From assembly GCA_031402655.1 (NCBI GenBank), contig JANNSO010000031.1, positions 14,860 to 78,859 of the forward strand: DNA of 64,000 bases. The letters are read 5' to 3'. The notes under the pieces were generated by a model. It was given only the letters and a program-made list of their open reading frames with translations. It did not search any database and was not told the origin of the DNA. The position numbers were made by a program, and so were the translations under genes. Shown piece by piece: positions 19,478 to 26,870 of the stretch (position 1 is the stretch's first letter; the number at the start of each line of letters is the position of its first letter). This DNA is from Spirochaetota bacterium. Its GTDB lineage: Bacteria > Spirochaetota > Spirochaetia > Treponematales > UBA12059.

Positions 19478-20098
19478 TCAAAGATGATATGTCGCGGAAA
19501 TAAGCGTGTCCAGGAAGAAGCCCACGCGATTCTGCGATGAATCGGTATAGAACTGCGGAACGGCGCTCAGCCCAAGCTTGATGGAATAACTGACTTCGGA
19601 ATTTGGGCGCCAGGAAAAACCGGAACCGATGCCGACATACGGGTCTACATGATTGGTTTCGTTCAGGGCTGATATAGCCACGCCCAGGGAAATGGAAGGA
19701 GTAATATAGAAAGGATCGAGGGCTATTGCATAGATTGCTTTTGCCGCTATGGGCATCAGAAAAAAGCTTCTGTCCGCGATGGAAGTAAAGAAAATGCCGG
19801 AAAGCTCTCCCCCCACCGCCCAGGAATTACTTAAAAAATATAAAAACGACAAACCAATTTCGAGTCCAGGTTTTAAGTTTGGCGCCTGCAGCGTCGATGT
19901 AAGGGGATCCAGGAAGCCCAGGCCAAAAGATGCTCCGGCAAAAAGGCTTAAAAGGTTGTCACCGGGTTCGAACATTTGAAATGTGTCCGTGGTAACCGCG
20001 GCTGCCATCGCGCCGACGGGCTCAGGCTCGCCCTGCGCAATTATCAAAACCTGCATAGCCGAAAACGCTGCAAGCAGCATTAGTAATCTAAAGCGCAT
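19478..20098 (-). CDS. Secreted protein, putative small outer-membrane beta-barrel
   Basis: The signal peptide is MRFRLLMLLAAFSAMQVLIIAQ. The mature part is G/S/F/Y-rich with alternating-pattern strands. Confidence 0.5.
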   Translation of the reverse strand: MRFRLLMLLAAFSAMQVLIIAQGEPEPVGAMAAAVTTDTFQMFEPGDNLLSLFAGASFGLGFLDPLTSTLQAPNLKPGLEIGLSFLYFLSNSWAVGGELSGIFFTSIADRSFFLMPIAAKAIYAIALDPFYITPSISLGVAISALNETNHVDPYVGIGSGFSWRPNSEVSYSIKLGLSAVPQFYTDSSQNRVGFFLDTLISATYHL

Positions 20099-20241
20099 TT
20101 TTCCCCCAAAAGCAAGGCATACAAAGATAAAGAGCGTCTTTTTCTTATACTTTCCGCCACTATAGCATACGGTATTCCTTGTGAAAAGGCATGGAGAAGC
20201 GATTCGTTACAATTGTCGCGCCTGTTTTAATGTTTCTTGTG

Positions 20242-20270
20242 TTCCCAAATTTCGAGTTGCATTGTATAAT
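20242..20270 (+). promoter_or_regulatory. Candidate sigma70-type promoter with extended -10 (TTCCCA-N17-TATAAT, TG at -15/-14)
   Basis: The sequence is ttccca aatttcgagttgcattg tataat. An AGAGG RBS and the ATG at 20290 follow. Confidence 0.35.
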
Positions 20271-20289
20271 CCCTGCCAGAGGTACATGG

Positions 20290-21057
20290 ATGAAACACAG
20301 AGTTGAATTGATGGCGGAACGACTAACGGCAATTCTCGCATCGTGGCCGGGAGTAAGTTGCGTTCTTTCCTGTGATGCATCGGAAACCGATATTCTGGAC
20401 CCTTATTTTGCCCTTGTCCTGGATATCTATTGCAATGGCGATATCCCCTCCGTGGAAGAGCGAATAACGGCCTTCGATAACCCCGGAGCGTTCGAAAGCT
20501 CGCAAGCGGGCTGCAAGGACAGGTTTTTTCTGGATGGCCTGCCTATCCACCTCGAATACAAAAAAACATCACTCCTTGACTTTGCAATAAAGGACGAAAA
20601 AGACCATAGCTGGATTCATAACGTTCCGGGCACGTATTTTTTGTACCGCATCGTTCATGGAACCGTTTTTTACCGCAACAGCGACTGGATCGATAAAGTC
20701 AGGTTCGGGCTTGGCGCGACGCCTTTGGAATTTTGGACCGATCTCCGCGAAACCTGGCAGTTTAAACTGGAGCATCACCTCAGCGACCTGGGAGGCGCGG
20801 CATTGAAGGACGACCGCTATTTTTACTACGTATCCCTGGCGGGTTTCATGAAATCTTGCGCTTCCATCCTGTTTGCCATAAATAAAGCCTGGGAGCCTTC
20901 GGACAGGAACCTTACTTCTTCACTGCTTGAATTACCCGTGCTTCCCGATGACTTTTCCGGGCAGTGGGGCGGTTTGACCCGAACGGACAGCCGCCTTAAC
21001 CCAGAGCGCATTTTCCAGCTTGCGCAGCGCACGGCCAAAAGCATATTCATGCTGTAG
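20290..21057 (+). CDS. Hypothetical cytoplasmic protein (possibly nucleotidyltransferase-like fold)
   Basis: The track ORF is 20191-21057. The ATG at 20290 (MKHRVELMAERL) fits the RBS and promoter. I recognise no confident family. Confidence 0.5.
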   Translation: MKHRVELMAERLTAILASWPGVSCVLSCDASETDILDPYFALVLDIYCNGDIPSVEERITAFDNPGAFESSQAGCKDRFFLDGLPIHLEYKKTSLLDFAIKDEKDHSWIHNVPGTYFLYRIVHGTVFYRNSDWIDKVRFGLGATPLEFWTDLRETWQFKLEHHLSDLGGAALKDDRYFYYVSLAGFMKSCASILFAINKAWEPSDRNLTSSLLELPVLPDDFSGQWGGLTRTDSRLNPERIFQLAQRTAKSIFML

Positions 21058-21062
21058 CTCAG

Positions 21063-22652
21063 GTGCAAAAAAACTTCGCTTTTATTGCGCTGCTCGCCCT
21101 TTTTTGCGTATCCTGCAAGGCTGCAAGCCCGATTCCCGGCTTGCAGCTCTACGATGCCGCCGGAAGACTTGTCGAGATCTACGCCCCCGAGCCCGAAAGC
21201 GCCAAAGTCCTTTCGGAAACGGGCAGGACAAGCTGCCTGTACAGCTTCGCATCCGCCGTTTCCATAAGCGATACCCTTGATATCATCCTGGATATCGACG
21301 CTGACGGGAGCTTTCTGCTTACCATATATGAATCCGCATCGGATAAAATACCTGCCGCCTCTTTTGTGGTGGATATTCGGGCTTCAGCCTTGCTGCACCT
21401 TCCGGGAAAAAGGACTATCGGGGCTTTCGAGATTGTTTTAAAAGACGCCAAGAGCCTCGTGCTCAATGCCATCTCCATGGATGCCCGCCTTAGCGGAATG
21501 CGCTTTATTCCCGCCGACAACCCCCGATTGCACCTGTCCGCCGATACTTCTCTCGGCTATGATAGGAATAATTTTATAACCGCCGTGGCGCTTCCTCCGC
21601 TCAGGCCCCTGGCAGGATCCCGCCATGCATCCGTCCTGGCTCAAGCCAGGCAATCGGGCAAGATATCATTTAGGTCGGGAAGCTCCGCCTGGGATGTATC
21701 CTCTCTGGACGCTCTGCCCGCAGCCCTTCCTTTAGAGCTGTTCGACAGGGTGGGGCAGCTGTCTTCCGGTTTGCAGGTATCCGCCTCTGGCGGCCTGAGC
21801 CAGGCTTACTACAATTTCGGCAACGGTGCTCCGCCTGCGGATTTGCATGCGCTGCTGTCGTGCTCCGCGCCGTCCGGCGACTTTTCCCTGTGGTCCTGGG
21901 ATATTTTCCGCGATACCCTTGTCTTCGACTTCAAGGACTACGCGACCCAGGATCTCTATTTAAAACGCCTTGCGTTTTTCGCCGAAAAGCCGGGCTTCGT
22001 CGGCCGTCTTGCCGGCGATTCGGAGATTGCTACCCTGCACGGATGGAATGCCCATGATTACCCGGCTTCCACCCTGCTTGCTTTTTATTCTCTTGCCAAG
22101 AAAACCGGCTTCGCCCTCAACAGGCAGGAGCAGGCATTGTACGCGCTGCTGCTACGATATTCCATTCTCGCTGAGGACGCCGACGGGAATCCGTCCTTGG
22201 GCAGCGGAGCCATCATTTCGGTTAGCCAGGAATCCGACAAGAACCTGCGAAGGGTTTTTATCGACCATGAATCATCCCATGCGCTGTTTTTTCATGACGA
22301 GCAGTACCGGAAACTATCCGCCCAATTGTGGGACTCGCAAAGCGCCGAAATACGTTCTTTTTGGAAACTGCATTTTGAATATAGGCGCTACGATCCATCG
22401 AACCGCTACCTCATGGTAAACGAGCTGCAAGCATATCTTTCGCAGCAATCCACGGGTCGGGTTGATGCCTATTACAGGGACAATGTAATTCCGCGTCTGG
22501 CCGCTGCCTATCCTTCGCGCGCGCTTTGGCTTGCTGCCAACACCGAATCCATTTGCCTTGACGCGCTTGCGCAGGCAAAAAAACTCGACGCGTATCTATT
22601 AAAGACATGGGGCTTGCGCGCAGGCGCCTTCGGCAGGGCTAGCCTTAAATAA
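21063..22652 (+). CDS. Lipoprotein with HExxH motif (putative zinc metallopeptidase)
   Basis: GTG start. The lipobox is LALFCVSC. FIDHESSHALFFHDE contains HExxH. The family is unknown. Confidence 0.55.
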   Translation: MQKNFAFIALLALFCVSCKAASPIPGLQLYDAAGRLVEIYAPEPESAKVLSETGRTSCLYSFASAVSISDTLDIILDIDADGSFLLTIYESASDKIPAASFVVDIRASALLHLPGKRTIGAFEIVLKDAKSLVLNAISMDARLSGMRFIPADNPRLHLSADTSLGYDRNNFITAVALPPLRPLAGSRHASVLAQARQSGKISFRSGSSAWDVSSLDALPAALPLELFDRVGQLSSGLQVSASGGLSQAYYNFGNGAPPADLHALLSCSAPSGDFSLWSWDIFRDTLVFDFKDYATQDLYLKRLAFFAEKPGFVGRLAGDSEIATLHGWNAHDYPASTLLAFYSLAKKTGFALNRQEQALYALLLRYSILAEDADGNPSLGSGAIISVSQESDKNLRRVFIDHESSHALFFHDEQYRKLSAQLWDSQSAEIRSFWKLHFEYRRYDPSNRYLMVNELQAYLSQQSTGRVDAYYRDNVIPRLAAAYPSRALWLAANTESICLDALAQAKKLDAYLLKTWGLRAGAFGRASLK

Positions 22653-22670
22653 AGGCTAGCCTTAAATAAA
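22637..22670. repeat. Perfect 17-bp tandem duplication (ggctagccttaaataaa x2)
   Basis: Read directly from the sequence. Copy 1 carries the TAA of the plus-strand gene (22650-22652). Copy 2 carries the TAA of the minus-strand gene (22662-22664). Confidence 0.9.
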
Positions 22671-24341
22671 CTGGGAATCCAGGGCTTCTTCCACTTCGCG
22701 CAGGCACCACAGCCGCGTCATTTCCAAAAGTTCATGCGACGGAATGGACGCGTCACCCGATTCCCGTTTTATCGCGGCCGCGGACGGAAGCATGGTTGTC
22801 CATATATCCCGTTCCGCCGCGCTTAATCCGTCCATGTATCGCCCGGCCGACAATTCGGGAACGGCCAGCCTGCTTATGGCGCCTTGGTAATCGGAGAGGA
22901 ATTCCTTCGTTTTTTTAAACGTTTTGCCTGAGGCGAAAATCTTGCCCTTATCGTTTCTTATTGGTTTGTCAAAAGGAGATCCTTCTACCTGCACTCCCAG
23001 CCCTCGCTGCGGTAAGACGAGGGAGCTGGATGCCGACGCGAACCTCTCGAGCCGCTCCTTGTAGGCGACCAACGGTTTCGTGACGTACCTGAAGACGCCA
23101 TCCTCCCCGCTCTGCCTGTCCAGCATCTGGTTTCTGTAGAGGAACTCCCCGAAAAGCGATTCGCTGGGGGTAAGCCTGCCCTGACGGGCGTAAAAGTAGG
23201 GATATACATAGGTGCCGCGGGCGTAGCTTTTGCCGAAAGGATAGGAAAAATCGGCCCCGTAGACGAAAGTCCGTTGGGCGCCCAGGAATTCCGCCAGCGA
23301 AACCGCCGCCTGGGTTACGTTGCCTCCGGAAGTGTCTATAACGGGAAATGCGCGGAATTTCGCGGCGATATACCTGGCCAGGGGATGGCCGGAGGTAAAG
23401 AAATATGCGCCTCCGGAAACGCGCGCGACGGTGGGCGGGGAGGCAAGGTCCAGGAAGACCGGCGTGCCCGGCGGAATCCCCGACATAAAGTGATAATAAC
23501 TTATATGCTGGCAGTCTATGCTTATTACCGCGTCGGGTTTCAGGCCGAAGCCGTTGAGCGCCGACAGGCTGGTGTCCGTGGCGATCAGGAAAACATCCTT
23601 GCCGCGCGAGCGAAGCGTTCCCAGCTGCAGCTCCAGCGAAGGTCCCGCTGCGGTAACGGCGGCGTTCCTGATGGACGGAATGGAGGGCAGCGACGCGCTG
23701 GCGAGCGGCAGGTTTTTGATTATGTTGGAAAACCACCTCTTTCCAAAAAAGGCCTGGACCGAGTAGTCGTCGGACACGTGGTTCATGAAACTTTTTATCA
23801 AGGCCGAAGCTTCCTGGAATTTTTGCGGTTCCGCGTCGATTCTGCCGTGCAGGGGAATTACGGCCATGTCTCCCGTTATCGAGGGAACGTATTTCGACAC
23901 GAAGAGTTCTTTCAGCTCGTCCTCGCTTGGATCCACTATCAGCGTTAGGCGCTTGTCCGACAGTACGTGGGTAAGATCCATGTTCTCGAGTATGGTCCTC
24001 AGTATCCCGGCGTTATAATCGATGATGATTCCGCGCGAAAGGCGAAAGCCTTCCAGAAACGGTACGATATTATAGGCTGCGCCCAGGCCCAGGAATATAA
24101 AAAAACCCTTGTGAGAATTGCTGTCCGCGATTTTTTTCGCTTCCCCCTTTGGGTCAAAGCGGGAATGCATGGAAATCGTGCGTCCGCCGCAGCGCAAAAA
24201 AGGCACGACTATTCCGGAGCGCGAAGTCTCGAAACTGACATCGGGGCTGCTTTCGGCGGCTGTCAATTTTTCGCTCGCCTTCCCTCCCTGCGTAGTGCTT
24301 ATAGCCAAAATGTTCCGTTCGAAAATAAGCGCGTTGCTCAA
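22662..24341 (-). CDS. Motility-accessory-factor (Maf) / DUF115 (MptE-like) protein
   Basis: VFLIATDTSLSALNGFGLKPDAVISIDCQHISYYHF and GADFSYP.. are typical of Maf/DUF115 proteins implicated in flagellin glycosylation. Confidence 0.8.
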   Translation of the reverse strand: MSNALIFERNILAISTTQGGKASEKLTAAESSPDVSFETSRSGIVVPFLRCGGRTISMHSRFDPKGEAKKIADSNSHKGFFIFLGLGAAYNIVPFLEGFRLSRGIIIDYNAGILRTILENMDLTHVLSDKRLTLIVDPSEDELKELFVSKYVPSITGDMAVIPLHGRIDAEPQKFQEASALIKSFMNHVSDDYSVQAFFGKRWFSNIIKNLPLASASLPSIPSIRNAAVTAAGPSLELQLGTLRSRGKDVFLIATDTSLSALNGFGLKPDAVISIDCQHISYYHFMSGIPPGTPVFLDLASPPTVARVSGGAYFFTSGHPLARYIAAKFRAFPVIDTSGGNVTQAAVSLAEFLGAQRTFVYGADFSYPFGKSYARGTYVYPYFYARQGRLTPSESLFGEFLYRNQMLDRQSGEDGVFRYVTKPLVAYKERLERFASASSSLVLPQRGLGVQVEGSPFDKPIRNDKGKIFASGKTFKKTKEFLSDYQGAISRLAVPELSAGRYMDGLSAAERDIWTTMLPSAAAIKRESGDASIPSHELLEMTRLWCLREVEEALDSQFI

Positions 24342-25882
24342 TTAAAGTCCTTTTTCCACGAAGCAATGTTTTTTTCCAGGATTTCGACGGTGTATCGGGC
24401 GTCTTCCGGTTCGGCTTCGCCCCGGGCAAGCTTTGCCAGGAACCTGGCGGATTCCCCGGGACAGAGCGCCTTCAGCACAAGCGTCGTATCGTAGGCCGGG
24501 CATTTTTTCCCCTCGAGTGAATTTTCTATATCAAGCCTTGCCATGTCCGAAAGGCTTTGCAGTAATTCACCGGGACAGGCCTTTCTGTCGGTATGCATTT
24601 TAATGCTCATATTTATTATTGGGAGCGGCTTTTTATGGGGCAAAACGAGCTCTTCCATTTCCGCTATGCCGCTGCCGGGAAGCCCGCTCGTCTCGATGGG
24701 GGAATGGGTGACGCGCACCACCCGCGACCGGTCTTTTTCCGATATGCTAATCTCCTGGGCATAGGCGGAGAACGCCCGCGAATATCTCCAGTCGCCGTTT
24801 TTTTCCGGATATCGTTCTATGCTTTCTCCATACCGTATTGAATGCATGGATGACAGCCTGTTCTCATGCACCATGGGAAGAACATCGAATGCGTAGGGTT
24901 TTGCATGGGAAATTATCCCTTGAGAGGCAAAGTCAAGGCCGAATAGAATAACGGGGCCGGTGGTAGTATTCAAGGCAAGGGAAAGCGCGGTACCGGCTGC
25001 GGTTCCAAACGCAAGTGCTTTGGTAAAGAGAGCTCCTGTTTTTGCCAAAACCAGGTTTTCGAAAAGAAGACCGGTATCTAAAGGGGCAATGGCGGTGGCT
25101 TCCGGGAATGACGACCAAGGCGCGCAAACGCTTGGCGGAATCGCGTACGGTATGCCCATGCCAAGCCCATGGCGCAAATGTACGCTGTTCCAGAAACCCG
25201 GATCCGTCGCCAAAATCAGCTCGGGCTTTATTCCCGCAAAAAGCAATGCGGGAACCGCGGAAGCCAGGGCCCAGATTGAAGCTTTTCCGATATTTCTTTT
25301 TATGGCAGGAATGGCATCGTTGAGGCCCGGTCCCGCGGCTGCCAGGAGTATCGGGGATTCCTGAAAGTTCAAGAGCGAGCTCGTCTTGATGTTCAGGGAA
25401 AAGTTAAGCGAATTCCTGAGCCATTTCCGTGCCCAATAGGAAACCGTAGCTCTATCCGAGGCTGATGTAGCCAGCGACCTGGTCAGCTCGTTCCTGATTC
25501 TTGCGGAGGTTTCCGGAAACGCCGCCATTACCGGCTCCCATTCCAGAATCGCGACGCCTGCGGCAGCCCGGTCATTGAGCAATGCCGCTCGCAAGAATTG
25601 ACGCAGCGAAAAAGGGGACTCGGGATTCCACGAGGAACCGTCTTTGCCATCCGTATCGGAAAAAATGGAACTCGGCTGAAGGCTGTAAATGCTGGTCTGA
25701 GGCAGCATGTTCGCGATGGCTGCCTGTATATAGTTTTTGCCCGGTCCCATCACGATAACGATTCCCGGTTTTTTGCTGCCTATGCACGTTTGCACGAAGC
25801 GTTCCGCTTCCCGCACGGGATTGTAGTGCGAGTGAAACCTCAGTTCGACTTTGGCCTCTTTGGACAATTGTTCGCTCTGCAT
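24338..25882 (-). CDS. Second DUF115/Maf-like protein
   Basis: LLAAAGPGLNDAIPAIK...IWALASAVPALLFAGIKPELILATDPGFW...LFGLDFA has the same core architecture. It overlaps the downstream maf-like gene by 4 nt. Confidence 0.7.
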   Translation of the reverse strand: MQSEQLSKEAKVELRFHSHYNPVREAERFVQTCIGSKKPGIVIVMGPGKNYIQAAIANMLPQTSIYSLQPSSIFSDTDGKDGSSWNPESPFSLRQFLRAALLNDRAAAGVAILEWEPVMAAFPETSARIRNELTRSLATSASDRATVSYWARKWLRNSLNFSLNIKTSSLLNFQESPILLAAAGPGLNDAIPAIKRNIGKASIWALASAVPALLFAGIKPELILATDPGFWNSVHLRHGLGMGIPYAIPPSVCAPWSSFPEATAIAPLDTGLLFENLVLAKTGALFTKALAFGTAAGTALSLALNTTTGPVILFGLDFASQGIISHAKPYAFDVLPMVHENRLSSMHSIRYGESIERYPEKNGDWRYSRAFSAYAQEISISEKDRSRVVRVTHSPIETSGLPGSGIAEMEELVLPHKKPLPIINMSIKMHTDRKACPGELLQSLSDMARLDIENSLEGKKCPAYDTTLVLKALCPGESARFLAKLARGEAEPEDARYTVEILEKNIASWKKDFN

Positions 25883-25888
25883 GCTTGA

Positions 25889-26638
25889 CTAGTCTCGGAT
25901 TTTATCGAGGAAAAGCCGTAATTTTTGTTTTGCGTCCGCATCGTCGAAGTTCAATTTCTCGAATGACCCGAAATGGGGTTTATACTGATTTTGATTCAAG
26001 GCGATTCTTGCGAAAACAGTTTGCATCTGCCCTGCGAACAGCTGCGGGTCGTGTTCTGTCCTGCTGAGAAGAACCGCAAGCGCTTTCTCGCTGTCCAGGG
26101 TAAAGAGCAGTCCGCCCGAGCTTAAGCTGGTGCAAATCGCGGAAAATGCATCCCGAGCCAAACCTTCTGCGGCGGGCGGCCCATAGGCATCGATGTACTG
26201 TTTTATGAACGGTTCCATGTCTACTACGAAAAGTGAGGCGCGTTTAGTTTTATTTGCATCGGCTTTAAGTAAAATCTTGTCGATTATCTGCGCATCATTC
26301 TGTTTTCCCTCAGGCAGAACCGAAAACCGTTTGGTTCTGTAAAGGCTGACCGCATCGAGGACCGCGAAAAGCTTATTCAAGCCGGATTCGCTTATTTCGC
26401 AGTTTTCTTTCAATTGCAAAAACAATAGTTTATCGCCCTGGCACATTTTAAACGCCAGGATTTTATGCACAGAAAAGGAGGGGCTAAAAATATCTCTTTG
26501 CGCCTCTGGAGAAATTACGGCAAAGCCCGTCTTGCGAACTGCTTCGGGCAATTTGGAAAAAGAAAAACTATCCGGATTTTTTTTAGGTCCATAGATGAGC
26601 GTTGGGACATACTGATCGACATGCAGCTGATACAGCAT
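25889..26638 (-). CDS. Hypothetical protein with degenerate GGDEF-like C-terminal domain; 5' end unresolved
   Basis: ASLFVVDMEPFIKQYIDAYGPPAAEGLARDAFSAI...GGLLFTLDSEKALAVLL parallels a GGDEF domain, but DSEKA replaces GGDEF. The frame is open up to 27004, yet the first in-frame ATG/GTG/TTG below the upstream stop is at 26638. Confidence 0.45.
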   Translation of the reverse strand: MLYQLHVDQYVPTLIYGPKKNPDSFSFSKLPEAVRKTGFAVISPEAQRDIFSPSFSVHKILAFKMCQGDKLLFLQLKENCEISESGLNKLFAVLDAVSLYRTKRFSVLPEGKQNDAQIIDKILLKADANKTKRASLFVVDMEPFIKQYIDAYGPPAAEGLARDAFSAICTSLSSGGLLFTLDSEKALAVLLSRTEHDPQLFAGQMQTVFARIALNQNQYKPHFGSFEKLNFDDADAKQKLRLFLDKIRD

Positions 26639-26870
26639 GACGGAGTCGACCCCCGCCTGATTCGAAAGAGTTTTGGCAAATTCCCAAGGCGCATCAAAGG
26701 CCTTGGAATCGAAATGAGCTATAAAATCAAAAAAAGTGCCGTCTATACACTCGGTTTCTAGAGGCTTATTCTGTACGGGGACTTTTTTTTTTCGATGCTT
26801 GCCAGCAATCCTCCTCTGGCGCGCACGCCGGCCAGGGTTTTGCCCTTGGCCGCTTTTTCCAAAAGTCCCA

